A stretch of DNA of 64,000 nucleotides from Trichosphaerium sp. ATCC 40318 (GCA_038496445.1 JALMLS010000030.1:136516-200515); one strand, 5' to 3'. Positions 11,624 to 25,561 are shown, counted from the stretch's first letter. Numbers and translations are program-made. The notes: generated from the sequence alone by a model not told the origin.

Positions 11624-14600
11624 TCGGCTTACTGAGAAAATACAAACGAATTTACCATTCAATCAAGTATTATGTTACAGCAAACAAGCGTTTTGAAGCT
11701 ATAGTCGTAGCTCTACTGATGACAAGTCTTATGTACTTGCATCAAATTTATAACGAATAGTATCAACAACTCCACACTGTCACAAGCTTTTGAAAGTTGA
11801 TCAGTGAGTAATTATACCACTTCTAAGACGAAGAGATATCTATGTGCAAGTTAATGCCTAACGCCTTCTTTAAATGATCTGTAATCTTCTATTTCAAACA
11901 CCAACGCCGACACCAGACCAAAAGCAGCAAGTCACAGCAAACACCCCCAAAAATATGTAAATAAGACTTTTTATACTACAATTGTATACACATGGAGTCC
12001 CTCTCTGCACATTAACACTCTCGAGACAGTGAACTTTGTTTCATCTGACGCCTAATAACAAACAGTTGCGAATCTTCCTACTACTATTACATATTAATCC
12101 TAACGTATTAACAATACAATGCAGTCCAATCGTAATAACAACAAACATATGAGAGTGTTTTCATTGAATAGCGCATCGGGTATTCATCGGACAAACTTTA
12201 AGCATCACGTGACACACTTGTCAGTATTCAATGAATCAAATCCTCGAGACTTCTCGTCAAACCTTTCATTTAGAACATTCGTTATATATTTGTCGACACG
12301 TGATTTTACGTTGTACAAACAATATTCGGAGATGTAAACGCTCCACTAACCTCTTAAAAGTCAAAAAAAAAGAGACTTCAATACTATTGGCGAGATGTAG
12401 TACTGCGGAGCGTATAGATGAACCTAATAATGTATTTGAGCCGAACGTTAAAATGTAAACCTATAATTAAACCGTTTCTAATTTATGTAGAAGTAGGGTG
12501 TTCTTTCAGCGCCTTTTTTGTGTTTGAGATCAAAAATCCTCGTCAAATCACGCAAAAAAACGATCCGAGATTATGCGTGATGAAGTAGTGCAGATTCGTG
12601 CGACAAAGGTGCGGCGTAGTAAAGCAAGGTAGCTTTACAATATATGTTTCTTGCAGGTTGTTTGGGATGATACAATTAGGCCCGGAGCTCACACAATGAT
12701 TCACATCAAGAATGTCAATCGTGGTCAAAACCACGAATAAATTAAACAAACGAACCAAACCAACAACAGCAACAAGTGAAACATGAATAGAAGTACAATC
12801 TTAGTTGTAATATGCACGCGTACGTATAATCAGAAGGCTTCTATATTGATTTTCTGCTGTTTTTTTCTTGTTATAATGTGGGAGTAACATAATTGTCTTT
12901 CTAGTTTTTGTAATGGCATTTGCCCAGTATGAACCTGAGATTTGTGATAGATGCTTGGACTGTAATATCACACCCTGCTTTAATGCAGGAGATGATTGCT
13001 ATCAAAGGGTAATGGGTGGTGAGTGTTGGAGAATAGGAACCGACCATGTAGATAGAAACAGTACGTGCGGTTTTTTGTTTGTTTTTGAATTATATTAAAT
13101 CAACATCACGTGGCTACGGTTTTGGTATTTTATAAGACTAAGTGCTTTATTTGTTGTTTCTGATACATTTATGCAAGTCGATATGGAAAGGGATTTATCA
13201 TATCCTTGTATTTTTATCGAGCCGGGTGTTCAATTTTATGGCACCATTACTGGAACGAATGGGGATGACTGTCTCATCCTTGAAGAGGGTGCCGAGCTGT
13301 ATTCACAAGTAGATCTAAAAGGAGGGAATGACTATGTATTAATGGCACCAGGTAGTTACCACGACGGAGACATGGTAATGGGTACGTTACTTGCGTTGCT
13401 GCTTTAGTGTTTTTTGTGTTTTTGAACACAGAATATAACCTTTTGATACAGGAGGTGGTGATGATTGTCATATTGGTATAGTTTATCAAACAGGTGATAT
13501 AAATACAGGATCTGGAAATGATGCTATTTTTTCTTTTGGGCGTGCTTTAGGGTAAAGTATTTTTATTGTTCATCATAACCAAGTTGCTAATATTGTACCT
13601 TTAGGAATGAAGAATTCCGTATGGGAAGTGGTGATGATTGTTTGCTATTTAATATTGATCCTGGTCTCCTTGAACCATCTGGTAAGAAGAAAAGAGATGG
13701 AAGTATGACATTACGTGACTTGGGTGCTAGTACGTTTTCTTTCTTTTTTTTTTTTTTTTGGCGTTTTTCATGAAGAAACAAAATCACTGTCTTCAATTAA
13801 CGTTTGTTTTCTTTCTTCATGTACTAAGACACCTTTCCATAGTTGCTCAAGACGATTCCCCTATGGATAATTATTTCAGGATGATGATCAAAGAAGGACT
13901 AAATTATCAACAACAAAACAGTAAACGAAATGAGGAACTAAGAATTAAAAATAATAATACCAAACCTGCTCATAAACGTTCCACTGAGGGAGGTACTGGC
14001 ATTGGTGATGTTTTTCTTAATGCTGGAAATGATTGCGTACTATATACTGATATGGCCGTCTTTGGACAAACAAGAGGTATGCACAGACATATATTCTTAA
14101 TTTTTTCTTATCATGTAAAAAAAAAACCTTTTGTGTTCTCTACAGTTCCATACATTCACATCATACATTTTTACCCTTAAAAAAAACACTTTTTTTGAAT
14201 AAGCAACCTAAAAAGCAAGGCGTTTCTGTGGTGGGGGTTAAAAAAAAGCGAAGAATTTGAAGTGTAACATTTGAAATCACTTTTTCAAAATACTCTCTCC
14301 AAAGTTTACTAGCCATATTCATTCTACTGTGTAATTATGAGTTAAGACTTTATTTAGCGGGAAGCGGAGATGATTGTGTTCAGGGATATGATTTTGTATT
14401 GGGTGACAACATCATTGCTGGGTCAGGTGATGATGTTATAGATATTTTGGACTGGGGTATTATCTACAACGATAATTTACGTTTCCTTGGTGGTTTAGGA
14501 GATGATACTATTTTTGTTCGTATTGATAACTATCCGCCACCTACTCGTCGCCACGAGATTAACGGAGGAGGTGATACAGATTTTTGTTGCAGCAGATATT

Positions 14601-14963
14601 TCGCACCAACAACGGACCCAACAACAGCGCCAGTTAAGAGACAGGAAGGATATGGTGGTCCTCCTATGGCTGTTGATATCATAAGAGGATGTGAAGAGCT
14701 TTGTACTATGCCTACATCTACACCTACGCCTCCTTGATTCTAGCTTTTTTTTTGTTTTCTCTTTGACTTGATTTTTTACAGACTTGTTAGTTGTCAAACA
14801 AAAAAATCTGCAACATAGATAAAATAAAACGTTTTACATATTACAACCTGGATTCCAGTACTTGTTTTGTCATTTTTGTTTTTCTGTTCATTTTGCTTCA
14901 AGAGATTATGGTGTGCAATAACTAAGAAAAAACCGAGATTGTGTCATATCTTGTTTTTTTGCT
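11624..14963 (+). repeat. Copy A of a ~3-kb inverted segmental duplication (partner 25562-28515)
   Basis: Direct comparison shows near-identical non-coding and intron sequence; segments at about 12572-12733 and 14129-14285 occur only in copy A. Confidence 0.95.
12783..14737 (+). CDS. Secreted Cys-rich protein with RTX/hemolysin-type Ca2+-binding GxGxD repeats (7 exons), copy A
   Basis: Signal peptide MNRSTILVVICTLFVMAFA; repeats GTNGDDC, KGGNDY, GGGDDC, GSGNDA, GSGDDC, NAGNDC, GSGDDV, GGLGDDT, GGGDTD; GT-AG introns. Confidence 0.8.
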
Positions 14964-15117
14964 TATCTCTTACAGAGGTATTACTCCAAACAATTGTTTT
15001 GTACATTTTAATTTAATTTATTACAGAAAAAAAAAAGAGAATTGTAATCTTCTACATCGCGATAAAGACTTCTTTTCTACCAAGTTCCAGATCCAAAGAA
15101 CAAAGGTTATTGTCTCT

Positions 15118-18100
15118 CTAGTGCTTAAACATCTGCGAAAGCTTAGACTTAGAAAGAGACCGTACACTCAATCGAACATCCTCTAGAGGTTGTTTTGTTG
15201 AGTACGTTACAATGTACGTTGGTAATATCTGTTCTTCCTAAAAAGAGCACGTGGTTAGAAAGGCTGACACAATAGTCATTCATTTCGTATTTATTTTTGG
15301 CTTTTTTGCCACGTGATCAAATAATAAAATCACGTAATAACAATTCCAACGAAAGAAAAAAGCAAAAAAAATTTACTAGTCTTTTTTTGATGTTTTTTTT
15401 TTCCTCTATGTTAAGGACTGTGAGTAGAGATATGTACCTGCGTAATAAATATGCCATCAAATGTTGGTACTTTCTTTATAGAATCTATAGGCACATGAAC
15501 ATTTCTCTTTTTATACAAAGGCAGATAATGTGCATCAAAGTCATTGATTTTAAGTTTATCTTCTTTTAATCTCCTTATATCTGCTTCAGTCATCGGAAGC
15601 AGCTAAAAAACGATGAGAGTGTATCTTTAAAAACTTGGATCATGATGATTACGTACGTTACTAACAGCTAAGAAACATAATAGTAGAATACCTTGGTTAT
15701 CTAACCTAGCAGCATAATCTGCTTGAGGTGTAACATAAATACCACTACCATAATGAACTAAGAAACGTCAGTATTGTTTATCACGTACGCATTGCCATTA
15801 ATGCTCTAATAATTTACCTGACTCAGAAACAGACAAACCAGCCGCTGCAATAAGAGGAATTTGGTCTTTCCTACAAAAGACAAAGAATCAGCACTGAAGA
15901 CATCGAAATAAAAGAGCAACAAGAAGTTTGGTTTGTTGTTGAACTCAACATTAACTCTTTGTTCAAAGATATACGTACTTGACAGCATACCATACTGGTA
16001 TTATAGTGACATTATTATGTGGTGCATATGTAAAATTTGAAAACCGTTTAAGTAACTTTGCACGTAGCTTTGCGCTACCTAAAGGTGATGCAGGAGGTGT
16101 TTTTTTATCTGAAACACGAATCGAAAGACGTTCAAGTTTTGTTTCGAAACTTTCTCTCAACTTATCATTACGTAAAGCCTAACATATTAAATGTTTAGTA
16201 CATGCCAATCAAACAAAAAAAAAACTTTTTTCTGAAAAAGTCACGTGGTGGTGGAAGAGAGCAAAAAAAGTTGAACTTGCCTCGATTTTTTCAATCGTAA
16301 AATTACGAGCGACAGCAATATCAGCAATGTGCTCATAGAAGATATCTTCGACAAGCTGACATTGCTCAACCACACTACTACTATTATTACTACGCTTAAT
16401 TTCAAGCGTATTATAATGCTCAGTCTTAACCCATCCTTTACGTTTGAGTATCTTTTTAGGGAAACGCCAAGGTGTTGGCATATTTCTATTTCTATCAACT
16501 TGCTTAGCTAATTGATTATCTATAAGTTTAGCTATTTCTTTATTGCCTGTCACGTGATATTAGTATATTGATATAATCATATTGTAAAGTACCTTTCTTT
16601 CTAGCATCATCAGAAGCTGTATCACCGAGTCTGTTACGAGAAATGGCGATATTGTTCTCAAGTAAGAATTTACAAACTTTTAAATGTCCACCCCAAGCAG
16701 CTCCTTAATAAACTCATGTAAGTTTACATGTATTATAAAAATATCTTGTCGTACCATGCAAAGCAGTTGATCCGTGAATTTGTACATGATTAATATTTGC
16801 TCCAAGTTTAAGTAATTGTTTAACAATTAACATTTGTCCATGTCTTGCAGCACTATAAAGAATGGAACTTCCAAAATGATTTGGATCACCAGCATCAATA
16901 GGACCACCTACACATGACCATAAACATTTATAATAAGGAACGCTATCACTCTTACCTTGATTTATCCAAGACATAGTCATAGATACATTACCCGTCATGG
17001 CAGCTTTCCATGGATTGATGCCTTAACAAGGTTATTAAGTAGGGCTTTTTTTGGTTTATGCGCTTACCGGTGCTCTTTTCTACGTCTTCTGCAGATAGAA
17101 ATGACTCTTCTACTCTTCCTGTATGATCTATACTTCTCTTACGAGAAGGTAATGGTACTCTACATCCTACAGACCTAGAAGATCCTCTAACTGATTTACC
17201 ATGCCATTCTTTGTTCATATTTTTTTTAAGTTTAGATACAATCTTCTTTGCTGTAGGTCGACAAAAAGGATCACGTTGCCAGCACTTTTTAATAAGTTTG
17301 ACATAAAAATCAGGCCAAAGTCTTTCAGGTATTGATGGCCTTAGATCCTGGTATATTATTGCATCAACAAGCTTTAACTTGTCCCAGGTTTCTTTATATG
17401 CCATACCCTTTTCTTCATCCCAAAGAATTCCACTCTTACCTAAAATACTCGGTTAGTATTCCGCACAATATACACAATATACTGTACCTCTTGACTTATA
17501 TGAATCGTAATCAGACTTCGATACTTGTTGTCTATTCACATACTCCTCAAATTCCGAAAAAGGGTCTTGGCTGAAAAACTCAAGTTAGACGAACACAAGA
17601 AAGGTTTGTTGAATAGTGTACCATGTCATTAGCTCCCACAATAAAATACCAAAGCTATACATATCGCTTCGTTCATCGTAATGTGCTGCTGTAGGATCAA
17701 TCACTTCAGGAGCCAAATAAGTGAATGACAGAAGCAACTCGCAAAGTGCAGGTCTCGTTTGAGCAGCTAAGAAAATTTTAAGAAAAAAGTCCTGGACGCT
17801 AAAACAATCTTCGTAATACCTAATCCAAAGTCTCCAATGATTGCATTTCTTTCAGCAGATGGATCAAGAGAAGTCACCTACACAAATATTAGAAACAAGA
17901 AGAAAAACGTCCAGAAAAGTAGTCATACAAAAATATTTGCTGGTTTCAAGTCTCTGTGTGCTATAGGAGGTCGTAGTGTATGTAGATGGTTCAAACCACG
18001 TGCAACATTAAGTGCAATCTTAATTTGAAGTTCCCAAGATAAATTACCCTTTAAAGAGAAGAAAAGTAAGCTTAAACCTGTGCTATTATTTTTTTCCTAC

Positions 18101-20991
18101 TTTTTTCAAATGATGATCGAGTGATTTATCAGGCATGTACTCTATGACCATCCTCAGTGGATTCTTGGTAACACCAATTAGTGAGATAAGGTTAGGATGT
18201 TCCATAAAACTATAAACATATGAGTATAATATATAAAAAAGAAAAGGAGCACCTCGTCAAGTACGACTCATGTTGGAAAGCTAAAAATTTGTTCAAAAAT
18301 TCCTCGTTCTCATCACGTTGATGTAACTCCTTTAGTGCAACAGAATTTTCCCCGATTTTACCCTTATAAACTTTACCAAATCCTCCTAATCGAGGAAATC
18401 AATAAGTGTAATTAAGCAACTGTTTAACAAACCTTGTCCAAGCACCTCCATAATTTCTACATTATCAATTGCTTTAGTATAAGCAAAGTCCATGTCTGGC
18501 GCTACTTCTATAAGACTCACAGCGCCTATGGTACACTCTTAGAATCGAACACGACTAGTAATTTTTACCTTGTGCAGCAGCGAAAGTATATTCTCCACGC
18601 ATCACTGCACCAAGACAGACACTGAAAGGAACAAACTAGAAAAAAATGTTATAAAAAGTAATAGGTGACGGATTGTTTGCAATTACCTGGTTTGCTACAA
18701 GTACTTCTCTTGAAACACGATTACTCAAGTGTCCGTAATGAAGCGTTATTAGCTGTTCAATACCATGAGCAATCTCAGTGAATAAGTCTATATCGCCAGT
18801 TTCACCAAGACCACTTAATAAAAAAATGAGGTTAAGCTATATTTTTTGTCTTTTAAGGCCTAAAGAACAACCCACTTACGAATCACGTTTTCTTATAACA
18901 TCAATCCATAAATTACGTTTCTTTTTAATATTACCCGTCGTGTATGATATTATAGCATGTTGCCTATTTAAAGAGAATAAACAAGAAATCTGGTACCGAA
19001 AAAAAAACTTTTTTTTTCCGTACTGGTTACTTATCTCAGCTTCCATATAATTTGCAAAAACTTGGGGTGCATTAACACCAGGTATATTATGTACTTTTGC
19101 TAAAATCCTTTCAAAAAAAGCGAAAGGGTATGCCGAAAACTCATATCTTCGGCCCCATCTATAATACTTTTTCATACTTACTTCCTATTTTAGGCAAAAG
19201 TAATTAATTAACCGATTCCTTTTTTTTTTGGACGTCACTTACTTCGTGTTCTTTGAATACATCCGTAAAGTCATTTCTATGCGGTAAAAATGTTGGTACA
19301 AGATACGATACTATCGAACCATTAACACGTGGTAGCGGGTATATAAGTTCGAATCTATCAAGTAACAGCAACATAGGTAGTTGTAAGGACTCTGGAACCC
19401 GTACACGGACTTCCTCCTAGCAAGAAACTATTAATTTCCGTTCATTTTTTTCGATCAAAGAAATGACTTACAAAAATGTCATCTGTCAAAGCTTGACCAT
19501 TACTAACAATCCTCGAAATCGGTTTTATAAAATTAGTAACCAATCTAAAAATATAAAATCAACTGAAGATAACCATAGGTGAGAGCGAAGTAACAAAATA
19601 AATACCTTGGATCAACAATAACAATATTCTTCAACCGAATATCTGATTTAAAATGAAGAATAATGCCATGATCATTAAGAAAATCCGCTGCCTAGTAAGG
19701 TACCATAAGCGATTAGTGAAATGGTACAAGCTAATAACGTACTAGTTCAACTTCATCCTCAGCAAAATTAAGTTGATTCGTTAGAGTCTCAAATTGTTCA
19801 TAAGTCATATAAAGAGTAGTTTTCCTCATCTCTATGACTTCTTCCATTAATCTTTTAAAGCGAACTGGCTTGCTCCCTCTTAAACGTCTTTTGGAAACAA
19901 CCTACCAAACACAAAAACGTGATCAGCACGCATACACACACAGAGGCCAAAAAACACCAAAGAAAAAAAACCGTACTGTGTTTAGTTTGTCTTTAAACTC
20001 ATGTAAAATTTGAACTGCATCTCTTTTTTTAGTGGCACAATTCAAAACAACACAGTCAGTTATTGACTGTACTTTGAAATAAGATTTAAGAGTATCACAT
20101 GATTCAATTGCATCCTTTCTATTGACCTATACAATCACATAAGAACGTCAGAACACAACAACCAACCTTTCCAAAAAAAAAGAAAAAAAAAGCATTATTC
20201 TACTGTAAATCAATAACAAATAACCCTCGAATGGACTTTTGTCGCTGTAGAACGCGTTGGCAAGGTTTTCACGCAAAAATTCGTTGATTTTTTGTTACTT
20301 TCGAAATCTGTTTTCAGACGTTATGTACCTCATCGAAATGAGTCCCTACTAAGAATATAGGCGCATATTTTTGTCTAGAGCGTATTGATTTTACCCAATA
20401 GTCCAAATGATGCGGGTTTGGGTCACGTAAGCTAAAAACGATAGTATAAATGCTGACGCTGCTTAGAACCTAAAGAGAGTATTAAAGAAAGAAGAAAAAA
20501 ATAAAATGTCAAATACGGACTATTTAAACAAAAAGGTTACGGATTGCTACAATTATCCGTTTATGGCGAAGTAGTATGTATTTTATTACAAAGATAGCGT
20601 TTAAACGTACGAATTGGTGCGTAGAGTAAAGTAAATCTGCTGAAAAGTCCCACACTTCCCATTCAACCTTGTTGGAGCGTCAATGGTATTTGTAAGCGTC
20701 ATGGCGTACATTAGGTCCTGTAACGGTTTGAACGTGAATGCCATCGTTTTTAGGAGAAGAGGACGTTTCGTACGCGCTACCAGGCACTTCTGTTGCAAAG
20801 AAAGAAGCAAACTGAGATTTTCCTAAAAGTTTTTTTTAACTTGTTGCTCAAACATGCTATGCAACACGCGTTTATACGCTACAGTGCTATATGATGGGAT
20901 TTTTGAGTGCATAAGGCGAGAACAACGCACCAACTTGCCGGTGACCCAATATTATCAGGTTTACTCTGTTAATAGTAGCGTTTTCCTCCAT
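15118..20991 (-). CDS. Roco-family protein: Roc GTPase - COR - TKL kinase - ankyrin repeats - PARP-like domain
   Basis: Roc: GHRQVGKS, NDGI, WDFSA, STHQF, VGTHFD. COR: FLNDHGIILHF, PFAFFERIL. Kinase: GQGGFGKV, VALKE, HRDLKPAN, DFG, APE. Ankyrin: SILYSAARHG, TALHGAAWGGH. PARP-like: YGSGIYVT, LLCFLAV, FDAHY, QILPTYIV. Confidence 0.88.
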
Positions 20992-21271
20992 TAAGAGCCA
21001 AAATAGTGGTGAGCGTTCTAAAACACTAACAGCCTACTAAAAAAACAAAAGAGCAAAGAGCACTGCCACACCTCTTGTGAGGATTGCGTGATTGTTGTAC
21101 GGGGTAAGAAAAGTCAATACAAAAAAAAAACGGCGAATGACGTCTTTTTGCTTTTTGTTCTATTTTTTTCACGTTTTTCTGTCCTTCAGAGTAAAGCAAC
21201 ATACAAAGCTATTAGCTAATAATAAACCCAATTCAGCTAACACTATTTTGACACCCAACTAAGAAGGAATA

Positions 21272-21762
21272 ATGGAAGACAAGCTGAAAGAGTCTGATAA
21301 GTATAAGAATGATCTATTGAGGGATCAACAAGCTGTTACTGATAAGTTATTTGCCGAAGCTGTTGCTCCAGATAATATGCGTAACGACTCATTTTTTAAA
21401 TACGCCATACAAAGGCCGCCATTGTTCTTGGGTACGCCGTTAAAGTGTATTAAGAGTAATAATACTTGTCTAGGCATTGGTTTAGCGCTTACTGCGTTTG
21501 GTTGGTCCACATCGCTTTTTTTTAGAGGTTTACCTGCGTCAACTCCAACAATACTATGGATGCGCGCGTCTGGCATGTACGGATTAATTCTGTAATTTAC
21601 GAAGTGTCATTAAAATCATATAGTACGCTCGTTCTAGGCTCATCGTTTATATATTCGGTAATAGAGAGCGATGAGTATAAAAGAGAGGTAAAAATTGCTC
21701 TTGATGAAAGAGATAGACTACGAGCAATAGAAAAGCAAAAAACACAAACTACTCGGCTGTAA
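21272..21762 (+). CDS. HIG1/Rcf1-like two-TM mitochondrial protein (3 exons)
   Basis: FFKYAIQRPPLFLGIGLALTAFG...ILWMRASGITLVLGSSFIY followed by a charged tail; two GT-AG introns. Confidence 0.5.
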
Positions 21763-22847
21763 CAGAGCAACTATGTCAAAAAATGAAAAAAAACCAAAAA
21801 ACTGTCTAAATTCTTGCCAACCGATTTTGGCATCTGTACGCTATTGTATTTAATAAACAAACATCACTAGTTAGTCTACCTTATTTACTGATAACTTGGA
21901 GAGGACTTGGGACACCTCTCATTCCAGAACAAACGCCCAGAACTGAACAATGCAAAAAAATCTTCACAGCTGTTGCAAAAGAGTATACCTAATACATATA
22001 ATGAATATTGCAAGGGTCTGTGTTATGTTAACAGTATCTATCTCTTGATTGGCAGAATTCCACGTGTGGCTTAAGATAGCCCAGTTTCTGGTCTTTTTTA
22101 ATTTAGACGCCGACTTCATTTTCCATACAACGAGTATTAATAATAAAGCATGTCCCAGCTTCCTGTGGTAGTATTACCTCAATGTAAAGTTTCAAAACCA
22201 GAATCACGTGTTACGCGATCTCATACATCACGTGGGTTTACTAAAAAGAAAAGGTGACTCCGCTAGTTGTTTTGTTCCGAAAACTGTTAATTTGTTAAGC
22301 ATAGGCGACACAGACGACGTCCTACATACCCGCCACCACGTTCGAGGGATAGTAGGCACATCAGATCCCTTGCGAACAAATATAACGATGATCACGAGAC
22401 AGAAGCAACAGAACCTACATTTAGCTTACGTAACGTGTATGATGCGCTTCCTGACCCAAATTCGGCTGTGATACCACGTGATATTAGACAATCAAGACCA
22501 TTGAACCCAAAAGCAAAAAGGAGGCATACTCATCACCGCACTAGGTCTCACAGCTATAGTATAGCACTGGAACCATGTTTAGGCTCAGACAGTCCAGTCT
22601 TGAGGTAACAACTTGTTTTGTTGTTTAGCTGGTGCGACTCAATACTAACTACTATTCCAGGCGCTCTGTTTATTTAAAGTACAACAGTTCAAAGAAGGAA
22701 GAAGGACATCAGTAGGCCAATTTTGCATCGGTTTTTTCATTGTACACTACGTTGATTTCTAAGTGCATAGCGTTGCACAAGGATTGCCCAAATACACCAT
22801 AATATGCCTATATTAGTTCTGTTATTCTCTAGCTATATGTTTATAAA

Positions 22848-24972
22848 ATGCAATTCACTAATGAAGTTTCAAAACGCCGATACTGGACTGCGAATGAAAA
22901 ACATCATAAAAATGTTGAGCAGAAAAGAAAAAGGATTGACTTTTCAGTTATTATGAGCAATCTTTACGTCAACAGGCCTTCATGGGCTAATATTCCGCTA
23001 TCTAACTTACAACAAACACATACAAAAGGTATTCTAGGCAGACAGCGTTTTACAATCCGCCATAACTTTTCCTTTTGCTAAAATGGACTAGAACAGCTTT
23101 CAGATGCTAATATACTACCTATTACATACAATGACCTTATTCATGACGTATTAACGGCCGAACAAGTACAACATTTCAAAGACGACGGTTACCTTGTATG
23201 ACTTAACTCGATTGTCGCTATTAAAACCGTCTTAACTTCTTTCGTAGGTTGTTCATGATGCGCTCAATAACGATCAGTGTAATGTAGTTATAGATGCATT
23301 AATAGATGCACTAAACAAAACAATGCTGAAAGAAGAGGAGTTTAAATTAAGTCGAGAAGATTACTCAACATTTGACATTTTGACACATCCAAAACTTCGC
23401 AAAGAAAAGCTCAAAAACCCTGATGCGGTGTACTCTACAAAGAGAAAAGGGAAATGGAAGACACTAGAAATAGGTACTTTGACATACTCAGTAAAATCTA
23501 ACCCACGTGATTGATAACAGGCACAGCTGGAATGACAAATTTCTTCTTTTTGCCAAGTGCAATGGTTTTAAAGTACAACAAAACGACATACAACACCTTG
23601 CGCCAGCTTTATGGTGCTACTGATGTATGTGTATCTAAATTATCTCATATCTTGTTTAATCATTTTTAATAGTTGCATATGGCAATGGAACGTCTTGGTG
23701 TAAAGGCCAATGGAGACAATAAAATGAGACTGCACATGGATGTAAACTTATTTTCTGTATGTTTTTTTTTCCTTTGGACTTTTCGACTTTCTTCTTTGTT
23801 GGTTAATTCTCTTGTTCAGGATTTTGATCCGTTAACACGTATTCAATCTCTTTTGACTCTTGAAATTGATAAGGACTCTCCACCAGTAAGTTCTGGTACT
23901 CTTGCAGTAATTCCTGGATTCCAACACTATATTGGAGTGGCACGTGCTTTGATGCACCCTAAAACAGGTACAATAAATCAAAGAAACATTTTCTTGTACT
24001 AAACAAGCCTAAGGATACAAGGAATTACGAGTACCTTATCCAACATGTGATTTTTTTTGCCTTGACAGAAAGGATGGTAAAAAAAACATAAATTGGGAAA
24101 AGCAACATTTACCTGTACTTAATGAGTATATTAAAATGTGGACAATGATTCAACATCAACCTCAAGATGTACCCGAGGTATGTACATTATGATCTCTAAT
24201 CAAGCTTAAAACCTAACTTGTAACAGGCAAGGAAAGCAAGTGAAATGCAGTCTATATCAACCTTTGATAGTAAATCTTTGTGGGAACATGCTGTTAATGC
24301 ACAGCGTTCTAACCCTGGTGTAACAGTACCCAAGGAGCATAGGCTTTTACGCGTTTTACCAATAAGAGCTCAAAAAGGTGATTTGGTACTATGGTCTTGG
24401 GCTCTACCTCACAGAAATCAAATCAAGAAAAGGACGAAAGGAAAAAAAATAAGGTACAAACTTTGCGCATCTATATTATGTCTAATTACATGTTTCAGTC
24501 CACCACGTATTTGTGCTTATATGCAATATAATAAAGTTACTGGTCCCCACGGTAGTAGATATGAAGATGTTGAATATAGGAAGAGATTATTCAAGCAAGT
24601 ATTTGGCACTGTAGGAAAAAGATATCCCGAAAATGACTTGGAAAGAAGATGGGTTATGAACGAACTTTCTGTAGAAAAATACTCTCCTCTGTTCACTCAG
24701 GTACTACTTCAATAAAGGAAAATACGTGAGTATTATATCTATGGATAGTAACACTAAAATAGGATGGATTTTATGCTCATCCAAGGACAGATAACCTACT
24801 TCTCAAAGCGCTTTTGGGTTTTGATCCAAAAACTTTTGAAGATTTTACTTGGGATGATTATCGTTCTCTCAGTGTTACACCAGTTTCCACCAAATCAAAG
24901 CGAGAAGCCCCAGGAAAGCCATTGGTAGAACATATATCAAAAAAAAGGCGAACAGAAAAACCGACCAACTAA
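22848..24972 (+). CDS. Phytanoyl-CoA dioxygenase (PhyH)-like Fe(II)/2-oxoglutarate dioxygenase; multi-exon
   Basis: LTAEQVQHFKDDGYLVV, HxD motif LHMD, IQSLLTL, GTLAVIPGFQH, KGDLVLWSWALPHRN, RICAYMQY. Confidence 0.8.
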
Positions 24973-25561
24973 AATACTGAAAATGTCAACAATAACTAAT
25001 AAGATTATTTTTGAACAAATGACCTGTCTTGTTCTTTGAAGGGCACTAAATTAATTCCATGAATTGATTTGCAACTTCATAGTTAGATCTGTTAATGGCT
25101 CGGTCTCAGACCTCTCTTAAGCTTAGTTGAGTCAACAGGTGTCTGGCCAAACTGAATTGGTCCTAAAAAAAAACACGTGCAACTAATATGACAGTTATAC
25201 ACGAGCAACGTATTTCAACCAACTTGACCTTTATATCCACAATGGCTGTACACGCGTTTTCTCCATTACAGACGTTTGGGTAAGACTTGGTATGACTCAC
25301 ATAAATCAACTACAAACGCCGACAACGTGTATACAGAACATGGCGAGCAGCAATCACCCACATCCCACCGAAAAATTTCCTTTTCAATTTGATTTAAAAT
25401 ACTGTAAAACTTTCTTTTATTTCCAAGTGTTTCTTGTATAATATAACAAATGCTTGGCGCTGCGCTAGAGCCACAAGATATTTTGTCTTTCTCCCAACAT
25501 CGTCTAAAGTTGATTCCTTGGTTAGTTGATAGAAGAGTAGTATTAGTGGTATAACTCTTAT

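Noticed and set aside
11482-11760. 92-aa ORF with a hydrophobic end
   Set aside because: Straddles the duplication boundary, has a non-ATG start and no motif; the copy B equivalent carries indels
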